This document shows positions 1-12,695 of a stretch of DNA of 64,000 bases, one piece after another (position 1 is the first letter of the stretch; each line of letters starts with the position of its first letter). The notes beneath the pieces were generated by a model. The model was not told the origin of the DNA and ran no database searches. It worked only from the letters and a program-made list of their open reading frames with translations. Position numbers and translations under genes: made by a program. Source of the DNA: Selaginella moellendorffii (taxonomy: Eukaryota > Plantae > Lycopodiophyta). The DNA is taken from NCBI RefSeq assembly GCF_000143415.4, contig NW_003314366.1, forward strand, positions 372,001-436,000, given 5' to 3'.

Positions 1-386
1 TAGAGCCGGCTCTTGAACACTTCACCAAGCTACCCCGCTTGTCGGTCTGTGTTCACTCTAGTCTTGGACTTCCCAGTGGGCAGCTCATCACCCAACACTG
101 GGTCCGGCCTTCCTGGGCCAAACTGGCCTTTCCTGGCCAAACTGGCTCCACTGCAGTCCTCCCCCTACTATACTTTGGAGCTCACCAAACCCCCCAGGGT
201 CTGGGAGACGAACGCTTTGGGCTTTCACCCTCTCAGACTCGAACTCGGACTTGGACTCGGACTCGGACTCAGACTCGGACTCGGACTCGGACTCGGACTC
301 GGACTCGGACTCGGACTCGGACTCAGACTCGGACTCGGGCTCGGGCTCGGTCTCGGCCTCGGCCTCGGTCTCGTTCTCGGTCCTGA

Positions 387-418
<32 letters not shown>

Positions 419-1173
419 CCGGTCTCGGTCTCGACTTCGGACTCCATCTCGGACTCCATCTCAGACTCCATCTCGGGTCCATCTCGGACTCCATCTCGGG
501 TCCATCTCGGACTCCATTTCGGGTCCATCTCGGACTCCATCTCGGGTCCATCTCGGACTCCATCTCGAACTCCATTTCGGGTCCATCTCGGGTCCACCTC
601 GGACTCCATCTTGGACTCCATCTCGGACTCCATTTCGGGTCCATCTCGGGTCCACCTCGGACTCCATCTCGGACTCCATTTCGGGTCCATCTCGGGTCCA
701 CCTCGGACTCCATCTCGGACTCCATCTCGGGTCCATCTCGGGTCCACCTCGGACTCCATCTCGGACTCCATCTCGGACTCCATTTCGGGTCCATCTCGGG
801 TCCACCTCGGACTCCATCTCGGACTCCATCTCAGACTCCACTTCGGACTCCAACTCGAGTCCATCTCGGACTCCACTTCGGACTCCAACTCGAGTCCATC
901 TCGGACTCCACTTCGGACTCCAACTCGAGTCCATCTCGGACACTTCCACGTGTCATGTGTTGGTCCTTTTGGGTCCCTTTTTGGAGCCTCGCTTTTTGCT
1001 CGCTTCGTGCTCGTTCCTCGAGCACTTCGTTGGGAGTTCCACTCCTGCTCTTGACTTTTCAAGTCGGAGCTTTTGGTCCTAACGTGTTACGCTCGTTTGG
1101 CTCTCGCTTCAGCCACTACCACGTGGCACCCTTTCCGGCTCCACTTTGGGGCCTAGGGATTTTGTGTCTCACA
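1..1173 (-). mobile_element. Family-A LTR (begins before window), inserted into the RT of element D
   Basis: Collinear with LTRs at 6736-8514, 15770-17489 and 22150-23836; ends ...gattttgtgtctcaca at 1173 and is followed directly by RT coding sequence. Confidence 0.9.
233..940. repeat. LTR-internal minisatellite: (GGACTC)n, (GGTCTC)n, then 12-bp GGACTCCATCTC/GGGTCCATCTC arrays
   Basis: Directly visible; related arrays at ~5070-5290, 7737-8280, 9825-10097, 12925-13750, 16770-17255, 23150-23605 and 25040-26100. Confidence 0.95.
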
Positions 1174-3470
1174 CAGTGGCGATGGTCAAAAAGAAAGATG
1201 GTACATATCATCTCTGCATGAACTACAAGGGATTGAATGATAGGATAGTGAAGAATATATTCCCGATCCCTCGTATCGATGATTTGCTTGATTGTCTTCG
1301 TGGTGCTTGATATTTTTCGAAAATTGATTTGAGGCAAGGGTATCATCAGATTTGTGTCAAGTCAGAAGATGTTCTGAAAATTGCATTTCAGACTAAGATA
1401 GGTCACTACAAGTTTTTGGTGATGCCATTTGGTTTGACAAATGCTCCTGCAACTTTTCAAAGATTGATGAATCAAATCTTACAACCTTATTTGGGAAAGT
1501 TTGCAATTGATTATTTTGATGATATCCTAGTATTTAACTCTTCCGTGGAGGAACATGAGATGCATGTGCAAAGTGTTTTATAACTTTTGAGGGACAATAA
1601 GCTTTACTCAAAGTTATCAAAGTGCGAGTTTTTTTAGAGGAGATTGGATATCTCAGGCATTTAATTTCAGTACATGGAGTGAGAATTGATCCCGCAAAGA
1701 TTCAAGTTATGGTTGATAGGCCTATACCATCAACAATGCATGATCTCCATAGTTTTTTTGGTATGGCTAGAGTTTTTTGATGATTTGTGAAGGACTTTTT
1801 AGAGATAGTAGCCCCTTTAACCGATCTTCTCCAGAACACGTTGAAACATATTACTATTCATGGTTGGGATGAGAAGTGTGAAGTGGCATTTTAACATTTG
1901 AAGTAGTATTATATCTCTACTCTAGTGTTGAAGATTTTTTATCCTGAGAAGCATAGCATACAACTCCTTGTCTTGCATAGGCTAATTCCACTATGTGGCA
2001 TCAAACTTATGGCTTATGTATGCAAGAGGATGCCCAACTTGAAGCAATATGGCTCCAATAGCAATGTCACTTACATCTGTCTCGAAGGAATGGTGACATT
2101 ATCTATATGGATTGAACTTCCATGTGGATTTAGACCATTAGTCTCTCCAATATTTTAATCGACAAAAGGATCTTTGAGGCTGCTTTGCTTGTTGACAAGA
2201 GTTCCTACAGGAAATGTCTGTTAAGATCTGGTACAAGCATGGAGGTGACAATAATGTGGCTGATGCATTATCTAGGATGGTAAATTTTATTTCGTTCTTG
2301 AAGCTATCCAGCAATCTCTTGGATGAGCTTAAAGAGTTTGCTAACTTCGACTCCTTTATCATTGATATTCACGTGAAGGTTTTGTTAAGGGATGCCTCTA
2401 CAAATTTGAAGGGTGATAAGTTTGCGTCATTCAAAATATGAGATGGAATCTTGGTGAAGAAGGGACGTGTAGTGGTTCCTTGTATTGACAAACTCATCAA
2501 ACAGATTTTGGTTCAATGTCATGATATGCCAAGTGCTGTGCATTCTATGTTATTGAGAACGTATATGTTGGTAAAGAGGCATTTCTTTTGGCCTAGGATG
2601 AAGTCAGATGTTGAGAAATACGGACGTGGTTGTTTGACTTGCTAGGCGGTCAAAGTTGATCATCAGAAGCTCATTAGCCTTTATCATCCTTTACATATAC
2701 CTAAGAAAAAGTGGAATAGCATCTCAATGTACTTTATCACTGGTTTGCCTAAAACCTTTTGAGGAAATGATGCTATTTGGGTTGTTGTGGATCATTTGAC
2801 GAAGATGGCTCACTTCTTCCCCATGAAGACAATGATCAAAGCTTCTGAATTTGCTCAATTGTTTATAGACTGGTTATTCAATCTCTATGGTTTGCCGGGT
2901 GACATTGTGAGTGATCGGGATCCCAAGTTCAAGTCCAAGTTTTGGCAAACGGTCTTTGAGAAGCTAGAGACTAAGCTGAGCATGAGTAGTGGTGAACATC
3001 CACAATCTGATGGGCAGACAGAGTGCATAAATTAGCTATTAGAAGATATGCTAAGGACTTTTGTAGGAAACTTGACTCAACAGGGAGTATGGGAGAAGTA
3101 CTTGCCTTTGCTTCAGTTTGCTCACAATAGCACTCATCAATCAGCTATTGGTATGTCTCCCTTTATAGCGATATATGGCTATGAGCCTAGGTCTCCTGTG
3201 AGTTTGAATTTGGCTTTGGTTTGTGTACCTCATTCTTGTGATTTCCTAGAGGATATGCAAGACAAGCTTGAGTTGGCAAAGTTGAACATGAGGCAAGCTT
3301 AAGAGAGAGATAAAAGATTGGCTAATGAGCATTATCGTAATCAAAAGTATAAAGTTTGTGACAAGGTGTTCCTTAAGTTGTTGGATGCATAATGGTCTCT
3401 GAAAGGAGGTGGCAGTGCTAAGTTATCTTCATCGTATTGTAGGCTTTGGACAATTTTACAGTGTGTGGGG
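1174..3470 (+). pseudogene. Degenerate Ty3/gypsy pol (RT-RNaseH-integrase), element D
   Basis: Motifs VKKKDG, FPIPRIDDLLD, KIDLRQGYHQI, VMPFGLTNAPATFQ, YFDDILV, NNVADALSR, CHD...H...CLTC, DIVSDRDPKF, HPQSDGQTE; many stops and frameshifts. Confidence 0.93.
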
Positions 3471-3838
3471 TGTAAGCGACTAAATTTGTTATTCTACTTT
3501 AGTCACTTAACCACACCTTTAACCACTTGGAAGTGTCTCACTCACAACCCCCATAAATCCTATTCTGGACTTAGGGCTTGTTGGCCCCAAGAATGGCATC
3601 CTTGCCACTCAACCATTGCACTTGGTCCCATGTCCGATCCCATGACTGACACCTAAAAGTACCATTGACATATCAGCCCATTACGCTAAGGCCATGCTTA
3701 TTCACCTTTGTCACACTGGTGATCCAACACCACCTGCATCACAGTCCCATCTTTCCAAGACTGGGCCATCCGTCCATGAGTGGTCATTCTAGATCCACTC
3801 CTTAGCATCCTTAGGATGCCCGTAGACATGGACCTTCC

Positions 3839-6087
3839 TGTAAAGAACCAAGTCCCAAAGGTGTCGTAGGCTAAAGGATCCCCGAAAGCATGACCAAAAT
3901 GACAAAGAGTTCATCAGATGGGATCGAGTCAAAGATCGAATCCAAGACTGACTTTGAGACTGTAGCACACGTGGTTTTGACCCTTTATCCTATGGTGATT
4001 TACCATAGGATAACACCAAGAAGCGGAATCTAAACCCTCTTTGTGCCACGTGACAGTTGCCACGTGTCACATGCCACGTGTCCATAGGAACCCGAGGTTC
4101 AAGGCCTTGGGCCACTGAATGAAGGAACGGTGCCAAACTCCCAAGCGTGGAGCCAAGGAGTGATGGAACCGGACCACGGAGCAACTCCCGAGCATACAAC
4201 CCAAGGAGCGAAGGGACAGGAGCTCGAGGCGACTTGGAATAGTCTAGGAGCAACCAGCATCCCAATGCCAGGACCAGCATGCAAAACGGAGCCAAATGGA
4301 GTCTAGTGCTATTTCAGCATATCGGTGGCCTAACGTGAGAGTATGGGTACTCCACCAGCTAGCATGGAATGGAACTTGGGCTTAGACCCAAACCGGACGC
4401 AAAACAAGGACAGGCACGCAAGCAGGAGCTAGACTATGCCTCAAGTTGGTCGGCCATGCCCGACCGACCCACTATCCCTACTATACATTTGGAACCCCCC
4501 ATAGCCCTCCCGCCCCCCCCACCCCCTCCCTTAGTATCAGGAGTTAGTCTCTGGGACAAGCTCGAAACTTACTAAATATGGAATGTTTCTAGATTGCGAA
4601 TTTGGATACGGGACGAACACCATTGTGTTCAGGACGATTTCTACATTCCGTAAATATGCCAAATGAGCAAATCTGGACACTTTCCATAAATAGCATTTAG
4701 GACCAAAATGAGACTAACACAAAGGGCATGATAGCGAGGGTGTTTGGCAGACACGGTAGGCTATCATTTAGCGATATTGAGGGACCAAGCTCAATATCGC
4801 GGAGGTTCCCAACACTAGCAAGTGCAAGTCAACGAATGAGTTTCTCTAACCAGGTCAAATATGCTTGACTAAATAGACACTTAGGAATTCCTTCCTTATG
4901 CTCATTTGGTCAAGTGCACACGCGAGGACTAGTTTCTCAACTAGCTTAGGTGGAGATTGATAACGGGTCCAGCAATACCAACCTCCTGCCATCGTGGCAG
5001 TAAGGTAAGAGTGTCCGTAAGGACTGGCCAACAAGTAACTTTCGATACCTGAAGTCACATTCGCGATAGAGACCGAGTTTGAGATAGAGTCTGGGATCGA
5101 GTCCGAGGCCGAATCAGAGACCAAGTTCGAGATCGAGTTTGAGACAGAGTCCAAGATCCAAATCGGGTCCGAGACCGAGTCTGAAGTCGAGTCCGAGATC
5201 GGGTCTAAGATCGAGTCTGAGATCGAGTCCGAGACCGAGTCCGCAGTCAGGTCCAAGATCGAGTCCGAGATCGAATCCGAGACTAAGTCCAAATACTAAT
5301 ACGGGTCAAGGGGTGAAAGCCCAAAGCATGCGTCTCCCAGGGGGGGGGAGGGCTACAGGGGGTTCCAAAAGTATAGTAGGGATAGTGAGGTCCAGGAACC
5401 AGTCTTGAAGGAACTCTCCAGTAGTGCTTCCAAACTGACTTAAAGTTGAGACTGGGGCCGAGGGGCCTTGGGTGGGAGTGAGCATGGACTTAGGTGGTGC
5501 CGGAGGGGCCACCCAAGGAAGTGCTCAAGAGTAGCTCCCACTCTCGAAAGGGAAACCGACTGCGGTGCTCCCGGCTCATGTGGAGTGGTGCCCCACGTGA
5601 GTACCTTGTGGCTCATTGGTCCTCGCCCTTCCTAGGGGCTTGGGCCTTCTCTTTGGGATAGAAGAAGGGGGGTAGAGGTACCCATACCGGGCTGTTAAGC
5701 CACGGTGTTTTGCCCCGGTGTCCCGAAGCAAGTATTGCACCTAAGGCTTGGGATTTAAAGGGTCCTATGATCAAGCCTTGTTGTACCAAGGGATGTGAGG
5801 AACTTGGAGGCTTGGTGTGCTTGGCTGCTTGTGCCTGTGGGGAGTGTAGCTGAACCTTAAGTCCAGTCTAACCTGGGGAGGGGGATTGGGAGAGATTTGG
5901 GAATCTGTGGATGGATGGCTAACGCTCCATTGCTTGTGTAGTAAGTAGTTGAAACCAAGTAGGACCAAGTAGGAGTTGGTACAATAGGCGAGAACCTTGG
6001 CGAGGGGACTTAACAAAAGCTAAGGTAGTGTTGGTCGGACAGACGAGGTAAGCTGGCAAATTGGAAATGAAAAATTTGTGGCTTACA
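3839..6087 (+). mobile_element. Solo LTR of family B, interrupted by solo LTR C
   Basis: TGTAAAGAACC...GTGGCTTACA; 5-bp TSD CTTCC at 3834-3838 and 6088-6092; homologous to 9792-10868 and 24956-26340. Confidence 0.92.
3961..5068. mobile_element. Solo LTR family C
   Basis: TG...TA ends (probably a mutated CA); TSD GAGAC at 3956-3960 and 5069-5073; shares the CCAAAwGTATAGTAGGGATAG block with LTR B, on the minus strand. Confidence 0.8.
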
Positions 6088-6735
6088 CTTCCCCAATATC
6101 CCTTATTCAGTCCCCACTAAATCCCTTTTGGTCCATGGCCATGTTCGCCAACCCTGCCACTGGATCAAGGCCCGTAGGCCTGACCACTAAGTCCCACTGT
6201 CTTTTGGGACTTCTTCATTATGTGACTGTATTTTTAGTCACTACACTAGAGGACTACTCTTCTTCCTTTCCACAATCTGGGACTTTGGGACAACATTTCG
6301 AAACACCATGGCCTTATGCAAGCCTCATAAGTACTTTCCCACCTTCCGCATTTGGGTGCTCTAGCCATGGGCTTAGAGCAAAGTTTCGTTGAGCCATACT
6401 AGGTATCCAAGTAGGTAGTGTCACCCATGCTTGGACTAAGAGCATCGACCATTCGATCTTCTGAGGGAATTAGAGCCGGCTCTTGAACACTTTACCAAGC
6501 TACTCTACTTATCAGTCCATATTCACTCTAGCCTTGGACTTCCCAATAGTTATGTTATCACCGAACACCTGGGTACAGCCTTCCTAGGCCAAACTAGCCT
6601 TTCCTGGCCAAACTAGCTCCACTGGGGTCCAACCCCCATACTCTCCCTACTATACTTTTGCAACCCCTTGCAGCCCCCCCCGGCCCCCCCACCCCGCTGT
6701 AGGGGACGATCGCTTTGGGCTTTCACCCAACAACC

Positions 6736-7830
6736 TGTAAGCGACTAATTTTTCCATTCCACTTTAGTCACTTAACCACACCTCTGACCACTTGGAGGAG
6801 TCTCATTCACAACCTCCATAAGTCCAATCCAGGACTTGGGACTTGCTAGCCCCGAGAATGGCATCCATGCCACTCAACATTTGCACTTGGTCTAAGTGCT
6901 CCACGTGTCCGATCCCATGACCAACACTCAAAGGTACCACCGACATAGCAGCCTGTTACGCTAAGGCCATGCCCAATCACCTTTGCCACACTGGTAGTCC
7001 AATACCACTTGCATCACCATCCCGTCCCTCCAAGACTGGGCCATCTGTCTGCGAGGGGTCATCCTAGGTCCACTCCTTAGCATCCTTAGGATGCCCACCG
7101 ACAAGGGGAATAGCCTTCCCCAATATCCCTCTGTCAGTCCCCACTAAGTCCCTTTCTGCCCCTGGTCGGGTTTGCCAACACTGCCACTGGATCGAGACCC
7201 ACAGGCCCGACCACTAAGTCCCACAGTCCTCTGGGACTTCCTCACCACACGACTGTGTCCTTGGTCACTACCCCAGAGGCCTGCTCCTCTTCCTTTCCAC
7301 AGTCTGGGCCTTTGGGACAACATTTCGGAACACCGTGGCCTTACGCGAGCCACCTGGGTACTCTCCTCGCCTTCTGCCCTTGGGTGCTCTAGCCATGGGC
7401 TTAGAGCGGGTTCCGTTGAGCCACACCAGGTATCCAAGTAGGTAGTGCCACCCACACTTGGACTAGGAGCATCGGCTAGTCGATCTCCCGGGGGAACTAG
7501 AGCCGGCTCTTGAACACTTCACCAAGCTACCCCGCTTGTCAGTCCGTATTCACTCTAGTCTTGGACTTCCCAGTGGTCAGTTCATCACCCAACACTGGGT
7601 CTGGCCTTCCTGGGCCAAACTGGCCTTTCCTGGCCAAACTGGCTCCACTGCAGTCCTCCCCTACTATACTTTTGGAGCTCACCAAACCCCCCAGGGTCTG
7701 GGAGACGAACGCTTTGGGCTTTCACCCTCTCACGCTCCGGACTCGGACTCGGACTCGGACTCGGATTCGGACTCGGACTCGGGCTCGGGCTCGGTCTCGG
7801 CCTCGGCCTCGGTCTCGGTCTCGGTCCCGA

Positions 7831-7862
<32 letters not shown>

Positions 7863-9791
7863 CCGGTCTCGGTCTCGACTTCGGACTCCATCTCGGACTG
7901 CATCTCGGACTCCATCTCGGACTCCATCTCGGACTCCATCTCGGGTCCATCTCGGGTCCATCTTGGACTCCATCTCGGACTCCATCTCGGGTCCATCTCG
8001 GACTCCATCTCGGACTCCATTTCGGGTCCATCTCGGACTCCATCTCGGACTCCATTTCAGGTCCATCTCGGGTCCATCTCAGACTCCATCTTGGACTCCA
8101 TCTCAGACTCCATCTCAGGTCCATCTCGGACTCCATCTCGGACTCCATCTCGGGTCCATCTCGGGTCCATCTCGGACTCCATCTCGGACTCCATTTCGGG
8201 TCCATCTCGGGTCCATCTCGGACTCCACTTCGGACTCCAACTCGGGTCCACCTCGGACTCCACTTCGGACTCCATCTCAGACACTCCCACGTGTCATGTG
8301 TTGGTCCTTTTGGGTCCCTTTTTGGAGCCTCGCCTTTTGCTCGCTTTCCTGCTCGTTCCTCGAGCACTTCGTTGGGAGTTCCACTCCTGCTCTTGACTTT
8401 TCAAGTCGGAGCTTTTTGTCCAAACGTGTTACGCTCGTTTGGCTCTCGCTTCGGCCACTACCATATGGCGCCCTTCCGACTCCACTTTGGGGCCTAGGGA
8501 TTTTGTGTCTCACAACTCCACCACCCATAGACGAAGTTCGATGTCCTCATCGAACGGTGAACCATTTTATAAAGTAACACCCGCATGTGTTACCATTTCC
8601 ATCCTTGGCGCGTAGCCAATATTTGTCAATGGTGTGACATTGAAGGCTCACCATGCCTTCTCCATATTCGTCAATGGTTGGACATTGAAGGCTCACCATG
8701 CCTTTTGCATATCCTCTAAGGAGGGTAGTCTCTCCAACTTAGAGACTGATTGGACCACATATAGTGGTTCTCTCCTTTTATTGGTTTAGTTCTCGCTAAA
8801 CCTCTTAGAGACCCTTCTCTAAGTCAATCCCACTACTCCTTCTCGAGTAGTCTCAATTTCCATCGATATAACCTTTGCACTTTAGAACTTTGAATTTTGA
8901 CTTCTTGGAGTCAATTTCCTAGGTGTCTCCGACACCTTGCCTTGCACCTTTTGTGCAACTCCACTTCCCATCCTAGGAAGTTCTTTACTCGAGGGCACCA
9001 TTATCCTCTCTTCTATTTCGTGCCAAAGTTCCAGTTATCATACTTTGTGCTAGGGCTGTTCATGGCCCTATCATTTGGCTACCTTACCGCTCCCTCCCTT
9101 GGAGCTTCCACTTTCGCCAAACCGGAGCATTTCGGAATCCCTCCTTGGAAACACACTTCCTTTCCCGCAACTTGTTAGCGTCCAACACATTAGTGTTCCT
9201 CGCCTAACTTTATCACTTGGATTCCCCCCAAGGGATTCCACGGCCCTATCTTGGCCACTCATCTTTTGCTCCTATCCGTTGATTGTTGCACCAAGCAACA
9301 TCGAATCTCTACCTCCCTCCTTGAGGTATTGTTTCGGTTCCATAGCAAAGACTCTTCTTTGCCAAGTCCGGAGGATGTTCACCCCTAGTACGTCTCTTTA
9401 GCATCTTCTGCTATGGGCTCTATCCACGGCCCAACTTCGTGACCCTCCCATGGGTCTTTTATAGAGACTACTTTCCTCGGACTCACTATGCCATCTCACG
9501 GACATAGTTTATTTCCCTTAGGTGCTCTTCCCACTTGGTCATCACGACCAAGCCACACCACCTTAAACAGTTCAATTTCAACATTTTGAACCAGGAACTT
9601 CATTCCTTAGCCAACCAAGGACCTTGTCCTTATCTGGCCATAAGATCATCTAGTGATCTCACCTTGGCACCTTAACAGAGTTGCCAAGAGGTAGTTGGTC
9701 TTTTAGACCTCCAAGTTGTTGACTATAACCCCGGGGGCATCCCCCACACTTGGCGGTGCACCCAAGCCAGCCCTTACGGCCAAGGGTTCAT
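6736..9791 (-). mobile_element. Truncated family-A element: 3' LTR (6736-8514), PPT and part of the non-coding internal region
   Basis: LTR TGTAAG...CTCACA; reverse-complement PPT (actccaccacccat) at 8515; 8515-9791 collinear with 17490-19325. Confidence 0.88.
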
Positions 9792-10870
9792 AGCATGACC
9801 GAAATGATAAAGAGTTCATCAGATGGGACTGAGTTTGAGATCAAGTCCAAGACCGACTTTGAGGCCGAGTTCGAGACAGAGTCCGGGATTGAGTTCGAGG
9901 CCAATTCCAAGATCGAGTTTGAAACCGAGTTTGAGACCGAGTTTGAGACAAAGTCCGAGATCCAAGATTGGGTCTGAGACCGAGTCCGAGGTCCAGTCCG
10001 AGGTTGAGTTTGAGATCGGGTCCGAGGTCGAATCTGAGATCGAGTCCTAGACCGAGTCTGAGGTCGGGTCCGAGATCGAGTCTGAGATCGGGTCCAAGTA
10101 CTAATACAGGTCTGTGTCTCCTGGGGGATGGGGGGGGGGGGGTTATTGTAGGGGGTTCCAAAAGTATAGTAGGGATAGTGAGGTCTAGGAACCAGTCTTG
10201 AAGGAACTCTCTAATAGTGCTTCTCTAATAGAGGTTGAGACTGGGGCCGAGCAGCCTTGAGTGGGAGTGGGCATGGACTCGAGTGGTGTCAAATGGGCCA
10301 CCTAAGGAAGTGCTCAAGAACAACTCCCACTCCCAAAAGGGAAACCAACTACAGTGCTCTTGGCTTATGTAGAGTGGTGCCCAATTTGAGTACCTTGTAG
10401 CTCATTAGTCCTCACCCTTCTTAAGGGCTTGGGCCTTCCCTTTAGGATAAAAGTGGAGGAGTAGGGGTACCCATACTGGGCCATTAGGCCACGGTGTTTC
10501 TCCCCGGCATCCCGAAGCAAGTGTTGCACTTAAGGTTTGGGATTTAAAGGGTCCCATAATCAAATCTTGTTGTACCAAAGGGATGTTAGGAATTTTGAGG
10601 CTTAGTGTGCTTGGCTGCTTGTGTCTGCGGGGAGTGTAGCTAAACTTTAAGTTTAGTCTAACCCAGGGAGGGGGATTAAGAGAGATTTGGGAATTTGTGG
10701 ATGGATAGCTAATGCTCTGTTGCTCATATAGTGAGTAATTGAAACCAAGTAGGAGCTAATATAATAGGTGGGAACCATGGCAAGGAAACTTAACTAAGGC
10801 TAAGGAAGTGTTGGTCTAATAGATGAGGTAAGCTAGCAAAATTGGAAAGGAAAAATTTGTGGCTTACAAT

Positions 10871-10883
10871 TTGGTATCTAAGC
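10871..10883 (+). promoter_or_regulatory. Primer-binding site (tRNA-iMet type, degenerate) of element B
   Basis: TTGGTATCTAAGC next to the LTR end; plant iMet PBS consensus is TGGTATCAGAGC. Confidence 0.8.
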
Positions 10884-10927
10884 TTTTTTCTCAGTTCTAG
10901 CGAAGGATAGAAGTAAATTGTTAAGTG

Positions 10928-12100
10928 ATGGCAAAGGTAAGGCATAAATGAACCAAGGCAGAGACGAAACCTCCCCCAAAGCTAGAGCCTTTGGTCAAAC
11001 AAGAGGCTATAGATGAAAAATCCTTGTAGAAGGAGGACTCTAGTGAGGAAATTTTCAAATAAGAGTCTGGTGGTGAGGTTCGGTCATCCAAGGCTTGATT
11101 AGACGTTCTAGAAGGACAATTAGCATAGACCAATGCCCTGCTGGAGACTCTCGTATGCAAGCTAAAGCATGACAAGAAGCAGAAGAAAAAGCAAAAGACT
11201 GCAAATGCTAGAAGTGCAGAAGGTGCGGAACCTTTAGTAGGGACTGAGGCAGAACCAAATAAGATTGAACAGACCGAAGTGGAATCAATCCCTTAAGCAG
11301 TTCCCAAGTACAAACCAAAGCCCCCACTTATCTTCAAGGGAGTGAATGATTATAAAGTGGTGGAGGATTGGTTTTATGATATGGAGGACTACTCTCGATA
11401 GTTGCAGTTACCGAGCTCAAAGAAGGTCCCATGTGCAAAACCATACTTGGCAGATAATGCCAAGTCTTGGTGGAGAATGACAGAAGCCAACAAAGGACCG
11501 GTGGCCATTTGGGAAATGATGAAGGCAAGGATTCGTGTGACTTACGTTCCTCCGAATGCTACTCTACACCTAAGGGATGAGCTGAGTAGGCTGAAGTAGA
11601 TCATAACTATTGAAGAGTATGTGAATGGGTTTATGGCAAAGAGGATACTTGTCATAGATATAGGTGATATGGATGCATTCCATGCCTTCATATCAGACTT
11701 GCAAACCTGGGCTCATAGCGAGGTGATGCATTGGAATCCGACCAACTATAAGGAAGCATTAGATACAACTATCAAAGTGCATTTCAATGATAATTTGTGA
11801 AAGGGGAACACGATGGGGTTGGGGTCAACGTTTAGCAAAGGGGCCAAACCAAGGGGGACATATGGCAAAGGAAAATTCAAGAAGAGTTTTGCTAAGAATG
11901 AGTCCTCGGGGTTTTGGAAAGGCAAATTCGGTGGCTAGCAAGCAAGTATGTGGGGGAGTCAAACGAAAAGGGACAAACCCACATATAAGAACGTCAAATT
12001 TACTAGTAGCATAGGAAATAACATATGCTTCAACTGCGGTGAAATAGGACACTTTTCGATGGAATGTCCCTACCCAAAGAAGACCAAAGTCAATATGGCT
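10928..12100 (+). pseudogene. gag of element B
   Basis: ATG at 10928; frame broken by stops consistent with C>T decay; KPKPPLIFKG...EDWFYDME...YLADNAKSWW; CCHC knuckle CFNCGEIGHFSMECP at ~12026-12070. Confidence 0.85.
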
Positions 12101-12695
12101 ATTAAGTTGAGTGAAATTTAAACTGAGGTACGTGATCCAATCCCTAGCTCAAAGTTACTCATTACACGAACAACTTTAGTAGAGAGTTATTTGCGACATC
12201 TACTAGCCCTCCGAGGGAAGTTTAGAGGTAGCTTTGTTAAGATCCATATTGACATAGGTGTTTGATGAAAGTGTTTGAGAAACTAAAAGAACACAAGCTG
12301 TATGCTAAAGAGAGCAAATATAACTTTGCTCAACAAGAGGTAAAATTTCTTGGGATGTGGTGGGCAAGAACAAGCTCAAGGTGGACCTTGAGAATGTCCA
12401 AGCAATCTAGGAATGGGAGCGACCATCTAATGTACATGAGTTGAGGGCGTTTCTAGGGCTATGCAACTACTATCAAAAGTTTATCAAACACTATTCGAAA
12501 GTAACCTTGCCCTTAACGTACCAAACGAGTAAAGGGAAGATGGTATGGACAGCAGAATGCAAAACAGCATTTGTCCACCTTAAAGGGAAGTTAAGCAAAA
12601 CTCTTGTGTTGACATTACCAGACTTCAGTAAGGACTTTGAGGTAGAGATGGATGCTTTGGACTTTGTGTTGGGCACAATTTTGAAGCAAGACAAC

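Larger units (their letters stand above)
3471..6732 (-). mobile_element. A-related LTR (A', no satellite array), interrupted by solo LTR B (3839-6087)
   Basis: Starts TGTAAGCGACTAAAT like family A; homology resumes at 6088 after TSD CTTCC; homology stops at ctttcaccc, then aaca. Confidence 0.75.

Noticed and set aside
233-940. Repeat arrays as CRISPR or telomeric repeats
   Set aside because: No unique spacers, not TTTAGGG, and embedded in eukaryotic LTRs
13-1221. Long low-complexity ORFs on both strands in LTRs (also ~7510-8577, 12905-13763, 16494-17528, 22925-23845)
   Set aside because: By-products of stop-free hexamer/12-mer repeats; frames shift between LTR copies
9075-9401. Antisense ORF in the family-A interior, also open at ~18600-18940
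   Set aside because: Short, no recognisable domain, and the C/T-rich strand is stop-poor; a dN/dS test across copies would be needed
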